This document shows positions 52,579 to 64,000 of a DNA stretch of 64,000 bases, piece after piece. Position numbers and translations under genes: made by a program. The notes below the pieces were generated by a model, which was not told the origin of the DNA, searched no databases, and saw only the letters and a program-made list of their open reading frames with translations. Every line of letters starts with the position of its first letter. Position 1 is the stretch's first letter. This stretch comes from Marsupella aquatica (lineage: Eukaryota; Plantae; Marchantiophyta): the NCBI GenBank assembly GCA_973895155.1, contig OZ316898.1, positions 4,340,480 through 4,404,479 on the forward strand, in the 5' to 3' direction.

Positions 52579-53459
52579 AATTAGTTCGTGGACCCCTTGG
52601 CTAATAAAATCAGGGGGAAGAGTCGATCTGAGCCGTCTCCATTTCTTATCTCCGGAAATCTTGTCCGTCCATCATAATGGCCAATCTATGGCTCAAAAGA
52701 AAGATTTCAAATAGAGATGGATGGGTTCTGTTCGTTTTGCAAATGGGTTAATATTTTTCAAATGAAAAATTAAACAAATCCAAGCCTTCCTAGCTGTCGA
52801 TTTTGTTGATTTTACGATCTTTGCCATCCATTTTGTAATGCCTCTAGAAATCTTATTCATCCATGTTAGAAGGCGATCTAGGGTGCAAAAGAAAGACCTC
52901 AATGAGATCTACGATTGGGTATTTTTTGTTTTGAGAATGAATAAATAGTTTTGAGTATAAAATTCGATGAATTTTCAAGATTCCAGCCATTTCTCCTCCC
53001 CAATCATGGGTTTCTATGTGCTCTTCCCAGCATTAATGGCCGTACAATACGAGAGGTCCTTACATACCCTGTTGCGGTTTAACAAGGAAGTTATCAAGTT
53101 AGTTATTAGTCATTATTTATTATATGAAAAATATTTTTTATAAATCTTTGAATTTAAGTTTTAAAATTGAAAATGTAACTAAAACGGTTACATAGTGACA
53201 GTTTTAATTTTCTTGCTCTTTGCATTTTCGATGTTTTTGCTTTTCTTTTTACAGCACGGCGTCCCAAAATTTACACCCAAATTGACACAAACACGAATGA
53301 AAACTATAAATTTGAGTCACAAAACTAACAAGTCTTGTTTGTTGCGGTTGTTGTTGACGTGACACATTGTGATGCTAGGAATTTTGAAAGGGACCTCTAG
53401 TGGAGTCCCCACATTGTGATGCTAGGAATTTTGAAAGGGACCTCTAGTGGAGTCCCTAA
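52579..53459 (+). mobile_element. Non-autonomous element, family A copy 2
   Basis: Highly similar to 424-1260; the terminal ~48 bp is tandemly duplicated; flanked by AACGAATGATTCA (52564-52576 and 53458-53470). Confidence 0.82.
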
Positions 53460-54394
53460 CGAATGATTCACTATGCAATCCTATCCATGGATATCAGTCC
53501 CTCCAGACATTCAAATTAATCTTCCCAAATTTTACTGAACGTAAGATTCTTGGGAAAACTTTGGCGTGAAGGGTAGCAGTTGAAAAATTGGGTACGATCG
53601 ATCTTCAGAATGAGAACGATTGATGCAGCATGCAACTCTGCAGGCTCATTACTTTCAGTCCCTCCACAATCCAGACATCTTGTTTCGTCAGTAGAATCTT
53701 CAAAAATACAAGTACAGGAAGCAAGGTCTGCATTGATTTCATGGAAAATATCATTACTCACATGGAGGTGGGAAAAAGAACAAATATCAGGAGAGGTGGA
53801 TCCACTGGATTTCTATGGCGGAGGAAACAGCCACATGGCCATATTGATGCCAAGCAGTAACCGTTGATAATTCTTGGAGTAAGTTTATTACAGACAATGT
53901 CTATTGCACAAGTCGTGCAATAATTGCGAGGCAGCAAACTAAATTGTTTTCAACGCCAGCTTCCTATACTCATTCTCAATTTCTCAAAGGTGTGATATAC
54001 GCCTGGTCTCCTATATAATGCAGAAGTTACAGACGAAAAAGATACCAGTGCTGATACTTCAGCTACTAACAACCTTCTTCAGGAAAAAGGCTTAGATCTC
54101 GACGCTTGGTTGGACTAATGTCTATCATACCGTACAAATTGCCATGATATACACTAACTTAGCGGGATAGATACCACTAAGTAGTCAAATTCCGATGTCT
54201 CAAAGAAATACGAAAACGAGAATGGCGCCTTACCTGTGTATGTCAGTGACGATCTCATGCAAGGCACCACTAAATACACGGAAAAATGCATGATCCAAAG
54301 ACTATAAATATAGATGTAGCGAAGGAAGTCAGGCCAGCTTTCAAGACTTTGAATCGAATTCTGGACGTAGTCAATGCAGGCGTCGATCGATCGA

Positions 54395-54795
54395 TCATTT
54401 GCACGAAGTAACCAGCCGGGTCGGCACAAAAGTCACAACCGTACCACATGTTGATCGTGGGGTCCCATAATACTTGCGAAAAGAAGTTCCCGTTAGGAGT
54501 CACGTAATTCAAGAACCACTCGTTGTTGCTGTCGTAGAAATTCGCATTATAGCCCGTGTTGCAGTTCAAAACCACTACAACGTTGGAATTGGTTTGGTCG
54601 TAATTAATAGTAGTTGAACGCCTGGCACTGCGGGGCGGTGCTGTCGTCCCAAAGCTGTACATTGATAAGGTTGCTGCCACCCGGCGGCGACCATCGCCCT
54701 TGGAAATCGACGCAGCTCTCCGCGGTGGACGCGAGGAGGAGGATTACCGCGCTGACCAGCGGCACGAGAGCGGCGAGGGAAGATTTGGGACTATT
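54395..54795 (-). pseudogene. Pseudogene paralogue of the small secreted Cys-rich protein
   Basis: Translates to SPKSSLAALVPLVSAVILLLASTAESCVDFQGRWSPPGGSNLINVQLWDDSTAPQCQAFNYY*; then, after a 4-bp insertion at ~54601-54608, YDQTNSNVVVVLNCNTGYNANFYDSNNEWFLNYVTPNG...WDPTINMWYGCDFCADP. ATG replaced by AAT; a 2-bp deletion puts the original stop out of frame. Confidence 0.88.
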
Positions 54796-55025
54796 TGCGT
54801 TACAGGGTCACTCACCAAATCCCAAATTCTAGCAGGGTAAGTTCTGGACTTGATCGATAGTGATGACAGCGATCTGATGGGCTCTGGGAGGGCTCATGTA
54901 TGGGAGGGCTCATGGGTTAGAGAGAGGCTCTGGGAGGGCTCATGGGAATTTGCTTTTTGAACTCAGATCTGTCTTGCCGCGCTATTCCTCTTCTACTTCC
55001 TGCAAGAAGAGCTTGCGGCCCGGGA

Positions 55026-55219
55026 ATGGAGGAGGACCAGATTGATAAAGCAGTCTTGGCGTACTTGAAGAAGAACGGATGTCGAGCTGCGAAGCTCGCA
55101 TTTCAAGATGAGCAGCAGAAAGTTAGTCTGTGGCTTCCATCATTGCTCCGTCCATGGCCTCTGCAGTCTTCGACCCACAAATGGATCCACTCATGGCAAT
55201 CAATTTTTTCCTACTCTTG
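55026..55219 (+). pseudogene. TAF5: Decayed first-exon fragment of TAF5 (TFIID subunit 5, LisH-like N-terminus)
   Basis: MEEDQIDKAVLAYLKKNGCRAAKLAFQDEQQK resembles plant TAF5 N-termini (Arabidopsis MDPEQINEFVVGYLKKKGF..., from memory). It continues across two frameshifts as ...DPQMDPLMA/NQFFSYS up to a GT. No downstream TAF5 exons seen. Confidence 0.68.
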
Positions 55220-56999
55220 GTGTGTCCCGAACTCTTCAAAAGGGGAAAAGCTGAGCAGTTGGTATTGATAGAAAAAATGTACACATATTCGTGCATTGCC
55301 TGTAATTCTAGCTGAAACCCTGTGGTATTGACAGTAGGGTTTAAGCAAGTTATTGTAAGCATCAACCATTCAGGTCTCGCGAGATGTAAGTATCTTATTT
55401 GTAAATGCCACGTTTCAATTTTCTGAATGGCGCGATGACAGAGGAAACATATGAATTGCATAAGAAACGCTAAGCATTAAGCGTTGGGCCATTGGAAGCA
55501 CTTTGCTGCTACCGTCGATTCGCTCAATTCTTGGTCTTATACTGAATGACCCTGAACCGTAGAATTCGCTACAACTGACGGTGAACAGAGACTTGGAAAA
55601 CTTACAGGTATTCACGTGAAAAAGGGTTTGCCCTACCCTGTCGTCGCAAACCTGATTTATTGTTACTGGTTTCCAAGCATAGACACGCTTAGCTAGAATG
55701 TCACGCTCTGATTCTTGTAGTCACGCAATCGTAGGAGGGCGCCACGGAATTGTTGGATCGTGGCTTAATCTATTTCCTGAACCCTAAACTTGTCTGAAGT
55801 AACATTTCGATCGATCGTTTCAATGAGAACGATCGATGCAGTATGCAACTCTACCATGGCTTACTTTCAGTCCCGTCTGATCCAGATATTACGTTTCGTC
55901 TAAAATCTTCAAAATTGTAAGTACAGGAAGGTCAGCATTCAATGGAAATTATTCGTATTCATCTGGAGGCGGGTCTGGAGGTGTCGGAAAGAACAAATAT
56001 GACGAGTGGTGATCCGCTGGTTTTATATGGCAGAGGAACAGCCACAGCCATATTGATGCCAAGCAGTAACCGTTGATAATTCTAGGAGGAATCTTACTAA
56101 TTACAGCCAAGTTATAGAAGTAATGTCATAATTGTGAGGCAGCAAACTAACATAAACTAACCTGTTTGCAATGCCACTTTCCTATACTCATTCTCAAAGT
56201 AATAATATGCCTAGTCTGACTTAGTTTTTGAAAATGATTCTTTCCTTTCTTGATATCTTCGGTGACTGACAGTGACAAACGAAGACGATAACCGAAAAAC
56301 CTCGGATCAACATAATTAACGGCAGAACAGGGAATGATGAGAAGAATTCAAAGCAACATTCGGGTGGAGATGTATGATTTCTGATTGAATATTAAGGTGC
56401 TACGCCTAGTTTGCACACTGGTCTAGTATACGTACTATACATCATTGCTAGACTCAAATTGCTCTGGAGAAACTACATATATAAAGTCAAACCACTGTAT
56501 AGTCGTTGATGGAAGTGGTACTGTCACTTTCATTGATAAACGACAATTAACTGAGCTTTGAGTTTTTTTCTTCATACAAAGATAAAGGGGAACGTAAAAA
56601 CTTTATTCTTCAATCAGGACGAAAGAAACATTCTCAGAAGAGAACACATACGAAAAAAATACCAATGCTGATACTTCAGCTACATCCTTCTTACTTGAAG
56701 GCTCAGATCTTGACACTTGGTTACTCTGATATCTATCATACTGCGAAAAGTTGCCATAATATATCCTAGCGTTGCGGAATGGATACCACTGACTACTTAG
56801 ATTACGACGTCTCAAAGAAAAAGAAAAACGAGAATAGTGCCTTACACATCAGTGACGATCTCATGCTTGGCACGACTGAAAACAAGGAAAAATGCTCCAA
56901 AGGCCATAATATCTATGTAGGGAAGAAAGCCAGCCCAGCTTTCAAGATTTGAATCGAAGTCTGGACTTAATCAGCACCAGGTATCCATGGATTGATCGA

Positions 57000-57398
57000 T
57001 CATATGGGCACGAAGCAACCTAAGGGGTCGTCACAAAACTCACAAGCGTACCACTTGTCGATCGTGGGGTCCCACGGTACTTCCAGGAAGTAGTACCCAT
57101 TAGGAGTAGTGTAACCCAAGAACCAGACATTATTGTTGTCGAAGAAATACGCGGAATAGCCTGCGTCGCAGTTCAGAACTACCATGTCCTCCGGATTGGT
57201 TTGGTCGTAATAGAAATCAGTCACCTGGCACTTCGGGCCGCTGCTGTCGTCCCAAAGCTCTGCATTGATAAGGTTGCTGCCACCTGGTGGCGACCACCAG
57301 GCTTGGTAATTGACGCAACTCTCTGCATTGGACGCGAGCAGGAGGATTACCGCGCTGACTAGCGGCACGAGAGCGGTAAGGGAAGATTTCTGACTCAT
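57000..57398 (-). CDS. Small secreted cysteine-rich protein of unknown family (132 aa, intronless)
   Basis: Hydrophobic signal peptide ending A-E-S|C, six Cys in the mature part, TATA box ~93 bp upstream, and a paralogue with codon-level conservation. Confidence 0.88.
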   Translation of the reverse strand: MSQKSSLTALVPLVSAVILLLASNAESCVNYQAWWSPPGGSNLINAELWDDSSGPKCQVTDFYYDQTNPEDMVVLNCDAGYSAYFFDNNNVWFLGYTTPNGYYFLEVPWDPTIDKWYACEFCDDPLGCFVPI

Positions 57399-57489
57399 TG
57401 CATTACCAGGTCACTCACTGAATTGAAACTGATCAACTCGATTCGTCGAGACAAGATGAGGTAAGGAATCACAATGGCCTCTTGGGTCG

Positions 57490-57498
57490 TTTTATAGG
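57490..57498 (-). promoter_or_regulatory. Candidate TATA box (CCTATAAAA) of the secreted protein gene
   Basis: Canonical plant TATA sequence at a plausible distance from the ATG at 57398. Confidence 0.55.
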
Positions 57499-59848
57499 AA
57501 TTCTCTTACCCGCATTAATACCGGATCGAGAGATACGTAGTTTTATAAATTCACACTCCAAACTATCCCACAAAACATAGCTTTTCTGCGCAACACTCCA
57601 ACTCTCGACTCTATCATCGATCGGAAAACGATAGAGAATCGAAATATCTGCCGATAAGGAACAAGACTGCCTTCTGTTGATATTTTTATCTAGTGTCATC
57701 GACGAGCTAGTCTCTGTGATTATCGACGAGCTGGGACGTCTTGCGAAAGCACTCATCTTCTCCCATGCATCTGGCAATCGCGAAGTGTGTACGTGCCTTA
57801 ATCTCTTTGGTTAGAGCAAGTACATAACGAAGGAATTAAGAGCAAAAAGTTGGGTGTCATGAGGGGAGTCATTGGTGCAGTTTACGTTCTACCTGGAGGG
57901 TATACAGTCATGGACAACGGACTACTCTAGATGTCTGCTAACAATGAGTCAATCGAATTGGGATACGTTGTGGCCCGTGTTATGGTCATTGTAAGCCGGC
58001 ACAAGCTTGTCGGGACCGGGCCAAGGTGGAAAGAACTCGATCCCTTCCAGCCGTCACGGATAGACTGGCCGTGACTAGACACACAATGCGCACGGGGGTT
58101 TTGCCATTCTTCCTTCAGCCGATCTTCTCTAAATATCTGGTGAAGAGTGAGAAGCACTGATTGAAGAAGAATTGCATTCCTGTGCTCGTTGAGACTGGAG
58201 ATTGTGGCGTCCAGGTTCGTGAAATAGAAATGCAGCAATCTGTGCACGAATTGACATCTGTGCATGGACTGACGGGGCTGTGCAGACTAACATCAGTGCA
58301 CGGCCTGACGGGGGTCCTTGGGGAATCCATTGCGTTAGAAGTCTCATAAAAGAGATGAAAACGAGGTTTAGGGAGTCACTTTTTCTCATGTTCTTGACTT
58401 TTTGCCTGAATTCTACACATCTTATGACAACCCCCTAAAACATGGAAGTATTAATCCAAGTCTCATAATTATTATCAAATTAACACACGGTTTCCAAAAA
58501 GGTTACAAACCAGGTTTCAGAGTGACCTTACAACTCTAGAAGACTTCAAAGTAGTATGTGGGTCCAGTTCAATCCATTCAAGTCATCACATTGCCAAAGT
58601 GCATTCAAGCAAATGTACGTTGTACATATGGTAGATCATATTGCCAAAGTGCGTTCAAATGAGTGCTACATGTTTATCGCTCTAAATTTATGTGCACAAA
58701 GTTTTATTTTGTATAGACTACATTAAAAGGGCATCTTACAAACTAAGATAAGAGGATGTCATAGGAAAAACAATTGCTTGGATTGAACCACCAATGTTCA
58801 ATACTTGGGAGATTATAATGGGCTGCTTATTTTGATTTTTTATTTATAAATGAGCCAATTGAATTTCAAGGGCAACTCCGGGGTATTAAACCGTGCTGGG
58901 AGCCAACGGGGTACACTCAGAGGAGACAGACCCAAGGGGCCATATCACGTGGCAATTGAAAGCCACAACTCTAGAAGCGGCCCAACAAGGCCACAAAGTC
59001 ATCCACTAAAGACTTGGGCCGAGAATGGATCAAGATCACCACGGATTAACAGATAGACTAGCATGTCTGAGTAGATCAATTATATATTTATTTTGTTTTG
59101 TCAATGCCAGTTGTTCATGACAAATGAAAAGTAACAAAATGAAAATTCTCATCATTCTCCTAGTAATCATGGCCAGCGGAAACAAACTAAAAATGTACCA
59201 TAAGTGTAGAAGATTTCACAATAATTATGTGTTGGAGCAAGAGGTTATACTATATAGAGCAACCTGCATGGGAGTATGAAAACGTTTTTCTTGCATGAAT
59301 GATGTGAATTTTGTATTGATTTCAATTTACCATTATGTAGAGCCCTATGTAGAGATTACATTTTAATTTGAAATGTTTACCGGACACTTAACATTGGTTG
59401 GGGAATGGTTTGGGGGTTTTCAGGTTTTCTAAGATTTGGTTGCCAGATTGAAGGGAAACATTGAAGCTTGGAGGCGGACATCAAGGGGCAGAGTATTTTT
59501 GCAGGGCCTCTCATCATATGACCAAGGTACTTAGGGGTGCGCTAGAATATTGCATGTTTTTTGTTTCATGATTACAATTTGTATTATTGATTAGTTGTGG
59601 GGTGGTCCAATGTCCTTTCATTTCTGTTCTTGACCCTTGTCCCGACCCTTACTTGACATGCATGAACATTTTGATCTTGGTTGCTAGACAAATTGGGAGC
59701 TGTTATATATTATTTGATAATCAATAGCAAGCTCAACTTAATTTGACAACACTTAAAACAGATGTTTGCTTTGATTCTCTCTCTTCCCTCTTTGGGTTCA
59801 AGAAGTCTGACTGCTAACACATATGCAAGATAAACCTATAACAAACAT

Positions 59849-61318
59849 CAGCAAAAAACTTGATGGCCCTTGCAGGGGAACAAATCCCTGACCAGGCCCC
59901 TCCTTTTGAAAGAGACTTGCATGTTGGGCCTCAAGCGGGCCCTCAGTCACTGCACATTCCCTGCAACGGAAACTCTAACCTTGAAGTGCTTCACATTTAA
60001 CTTGCCTGCCTGGTACCTTGCAGCCCTAGATTTTGTCCCTGCAATCAGCCTTATTGTCAAGGTTTTTTTCTTACCAAAGTGGAGAATGTTACCTGGTGTA
60101 AGTAGAAGATCTAGGTATTATTCTTAGACTAATATTTTTAGGCTGATTTTTACTGTAAGATGTCACTAAGTAGATTTAAGGAGAACCATCACATTTTGGC
60201 ACATGTGGTCCCTGGCTAGGCAAAAAAGTGGCCAATGGAGAAAGAAACACTAGTTAGGTGATTTTTCTAGAGCTGCTGATGAAATGTTTTTAGTGACTGG
60301 GTTGAAATTTGGCAAATTTTAAGACTTAAACAAAACACTCTGCCATCCATTTTGTCCCCATAAGTATAACAAGCATAATCTAAAATCTATCTATACATCC
60401 CTTTCATAATTCCCAACAACCCTGTAGACATGAGGAATTCAAATGTAAATGATTGAAAATATTTAATTAACAATCTGGCTCACAATTCACAACCCACCAG
60501 AAGTAGACACCAATAAACAATCAGTAAATTAATTGTGAAAGAAAAACACATATCCAATCTTATAACAGAAAAGCAAGAAACATGATTTCTTTCATGGGTT
60601 GAATTAAATGTCAACGTAGTACTAGCCACTTTTCTTCACAGCTTAAGGGGCATGGAAACAAGAAAAATAATATACAAACAATCTTTTATTATAATCTATC
60701 ACTTCATGACCAAGCCCCAAAAGAAAACAATTTACTGGAAATCTCTAGAAATTGGGGACCAGATGGAGGACATGAGACTTTGGGGTGCATGGCAGAGTCA
60801 CTACTAGAAGGAGTGTAGGGAGGAGTGTCTTATAAATTTGCCCAATTCCAACCCACTATTTTTCTTTTGTCCATTTTGGCAAGAATCACCTAGTGTTTTT
60901 TTCCTCTCCATTAGCCACATTCCCACCTAAGTACCCACAGACCCCATTTATGGTTCTCCTCAAATATAGGGAGATCTAATGGTAAAATATTAATTTAAGA
61001 AAATCACGTAAGGGATTTTATTGAAATCTCTTACTTCACACCAGGTTACGTTCTCCACTTAGTTTGGCAACAAAAATACAATCTTGAAACATAGGCTGGC
61101 AGGGACAAGAGGGCTGCAATGTACAAAGCCAAGTTAAATGTGAAGCACTTCAAAGCGGGCTTCAAAGGTTACAAGGGCTGGGTTTAGGGAATTGGCAACG
61201 GCTGCAGGCCCAGCTGCAGGCTCCAACAATTATTCCCTTTCAAGAGAAGGGGCCTTGTTGGGGGTTTTGCGAGGGGTTTTGTTTCCTTGTAGGGCCCGGG
61301 CCATGAAGTCTTTTGCTG
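59849..61318. mobile_element. Foldback element with ~200-bp imperfect terminal inverted repeats
   Basis: 59849-60051 is the inverted counterpart of 61092-61318 (e.g. TTGAAGTGCTTCACATTTAACTTG / CAAGTTAAATGTGAAGCACTTCAA; CAGCAAAAAACTTGATGGCCC / GGGCCATGAAGTCTTTTGCTG). TSD not evident. Confidence 0.75.
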
Positions 61319-61820
61319 TATCAACCATTGACTTACTTCTCAGTGGTTTCACTTTTATAAAAATGACACATCAAGTGCGACAAAGGAAATGGTAGTTTTA
61401 TTGGTTTGAAAGGAAGACTTAATGATTTTTTTATAAGAACAATAGTGTCTTTTAAATCAAATTTTGAGATTTATAAGATCATTAGGGTACTTCTAATCAA
61501 ATTTTTAGAATATTCTAACTTTATAGGGGTTAAAAAACAATTTATTTTTCTTACATTTTAGGGGGTCTGAGGCCTAAAAACGTTGCAGGTGATGAGGAGG
61601 CCTCCATATAACGAGACCCCCAAGACTTACTTGAGATTTGGTCTCCTACACTTAAGTTTCTCACATGTTTGCTCACATGTAATATCAGGGGCCAACTATT
61701 GATTATAATTACATTTTTGGATTAAAGAATGTAAAAAGTTCTAATTTATAACATCCTGATATTCAAGTGTAAACTTAGTGCACTATTATGACCAGAAAAT
61801 TGGAGTTTTCTATTTGACTA

Positions 61821-62853
61821 CTGTCTTCCCCCAAACACAGTGCTCGGGTGCTGTGTTCGAATATGGTCAAAACAGGGACTTTAGGCAAAAAAGACATTTT
61901 CACTCAAACACAACGCCATATTAGCACAGCGCCCGGACGTTGTGTTTGAAATTGACTTTGTGTTCAAAAATGTGCACAAGTGACTATAGGAGGAAGGTAA
62001 ATGGGTTGCAACTACAATACGTTACTTAAAATCGTCCAACACATCCGCCCTTCCAAGTTACAAAATCCATCATCCAATGTAAGCTAATTTCAAAATCCTT
62101 CATTCTGGGAGAAGTGTGCGCTTTTTCCAAAATGTTAAGCAAGAATCCGGAAGTATCAATATATTGTTCTGTTGTGTGAACTTTTGACGGACTTTCACGT
62201 CAACCTCTGACTGATGCCATATACATGGCATCTCATCAAAGAAACCCATAGAACCTACGTGCATAATTAGGTCTGACAACTCACTTTCTCTATTTCCAAT
62301 TTTCCATTGCCATCGAGGTACTCCAATAGAAACAAAGCAATCTCAGTCACGAACATTCCAGATTCCATGAAGAAAGATTAAATAATAGAAATGAGCAAAT
62401 TGGGCACAATCAACCGAACAACTGTGAAAAGTGGACCAAGATGTTTTACTAAGTGATAATAGTACACTTGGTAAGTATGGTGTGACAGGTTTTGTTTTCT
62501 ATTGCAAATTTGATTTCTCCCCTTGTGTTATTTCAGTGGTTCAATTATTTAGCTACACATCCTTTGATTGAGCAAATATTTTTGGGAAGTCAAAAAACCT
62601 AAACTTGAACACACTTCTCTCTAATACACATTACTTCTATGTCTATCAAATGTTCCTACTTACACCCTACATGCATCTCACAATGTCACATTTGAACACA
62701 ACATCACATTTCAAACACAGCGCCACAAGTCCAAAAAATGAGAACATTGATTTCAGACTGAAACGCAGCGCCCTGGGTGCTATATTCAAATAGAGCGCCC
62801 CTTGGCTCACTATTCGAATGTAGCGTGAGGGCCTTGTGTTCAGGGGAAGACAG
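61821..62853. mobile_element. Non-autonomous Tc1/mariner(pogo)-like element with TA TSD
   Basis: TA|CTGTCTTCCCC ... GGGGAAGACAG|TA, with subterminal CAGCGCCC.GG..(C/T)TGTGTT(C/T)GAA repeats at both ends. Confidence 0.8.
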
Positions 62854-63099
62854 TAGTAATGAGTAGTAGTGCTTTCTCAAATCTTGATAGTTGAAAAATG
62901 TAAACATTAATAGTACATTAATACTCTGACTGTGTCCCTTGGGGGACATCGATCAGATAAAAAATACTCTGACTGTCTACTGAACTCAGCTTGCTACAAA
63001 AAAGGCATATGAGATTTAGATTGAGAAGCTTTTCTACTGGTTCAGAGTTTAGACCCCAAATTTGTGGTTTTGAAAATGAAGTTTTTTATTGTTGAAATT

Positions 63100-63870
63100 T
63101 TCTAGAATGCCATGTTCTAAAATTTTCCTATTGGCTCTGGTATTGGCTCAAATTTTAAATGCAAGTCTTCTATTTTCAAAATCATCAAGCTTTCAAATCT
63201 ACTCAAATTGAAGAATGCAACTGTTATTTTCAAGATTGAAATGCAGGTTTCTTATTGGTTGTTTATTAAGAATATAATGCAAATTTGTTGTTTTCAAGGC
63301 AAAGCTTTCCTATTGGCTCAAACTCAGGAACTTTGTTGTTTTTCAAATGAAGCTTCTCTATTGGCTCAAAATTAGGATGCTCTGCACAACCTGTTGGTTT
63401 CAATTCAAGATGGAGCTTTCTTATTAGCTCGGCTGAAGGTTTCTAGAATGCAAACATATATTATTTCAAATACCAGAAAGCTTATTGGCTTGGGTGAATG
63501 TTTTTACAATGCAACTTAGTGACCTATTTTCTCAAATATATTTCAGAATGCAATTCCTAACCTCAAAATGAAGCTTGACAATTTGCTAAAACTTTTGAAT
63601 CCATATATCTTTTTTGTTTTCAAAATGAATGAATATTTCATAGTTACTGGCTTGCAGGCTGGCTTGGCTGATTATTTTTAGAATCCATTCAACTGATTTA
63701 TCAAGTGCCTTGAATGGCCATTGTAGCTCCAAATATTAATCTTAGGTAAAGTCCATCTTAACAATGGCCGAATATTAGTTCTTAAATGAAATTTCTTAAT
63801 TGTTTGAGTCACAAGTCTGTTCTGTTTCAAAATTGTGAACAGAATTGAGGTGATTTATTGGCCTAAACAG
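63100..63870. repeat. Degenerate ~60-bp tandem array with recurrent TATTGGCT and AATGCA motifs
   Basis: Repeated ...AATGCA...TTTTCAA...TATTGG(C/T)T pattern. Confidence 0.65.
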
Positions 63871-64000
63871 CTGAACTAACTAAGAACCTGATCGCAGCAC
63901 GCTGGAGCCAGAATCATACGACACATGTGGACAAATGTATACTCATACTTCAACTTCCAAGAAATGATGCTCCCATGGACCACAACAGTAATCTTTGAAA

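Larger units (their letters stand above)
53594..57419. repeat. Segmental tandem duplication (units ~53594-54815 and ~55807-57419) carrying the small secreted protein gene
   Basis: Colinear similarity from CGATCGATC..AATGAGAACGAT through GCCATATTGATGCCAAGCAGTAACCGTTGATAATTC to GGTCACTCAC; unit 2 has extra sequence at ~56200-56620. Confidence 0.88.

Noticed and set aside
54270-54680. 136-aa ORF in the track as an independent gene
   Set aside because: It is the frameshifted 3' part of the pseudogene, read from a GTG in the wrong upstream frame and running through the lost stop.
57927-58389. Overlapping ORFs upstream of the secreted protein gene
   Set aside because: No recognisable product or splice structure; partly built from a 36-bp tandem duplication.

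Overview
Eukaryotic, intron-rich and repeat-rich land-plant DNA. The axonemal dynein assembly factor points to a lineage with flagellated sperm, and a bryophyte such as a liverwort is my inference. Three spliced genes can be reconstructed on the + strand: a 16-exon DNAAF5/HEATR2 homologue (~1875-13877), a 5-exon ETO1/EOL BTB-TPR gene (28378-32951) and a 7-exon DsbA/FrnE-like thioredoxin-fold oxidoreductase (42711-45446). Near the right end is a tandem duplication of an intronless, signal-peptide-bearing, 6-Cys, aromatic/acidic small protein that I cannot assign to a plant family. One copy is intact (57000-57398) and one is a pseudogene (54395-54795), and a decayed TAF5 first-exon fragment sits between them. 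Intergenic DNA is dominated by transposons: two Helitrons with internal minisatellites, a truncated LTR element with an 8-bp-TSD TIR element nested in it, a TA-flanked Tc1/mariner-like element, a foldback element, LINE tails, and a three-copy family with a terminal hairpin and asymmetric ends but no consistent TSD. All alignments and family assignments were made by eye from remembered sequences; no database searches were run.
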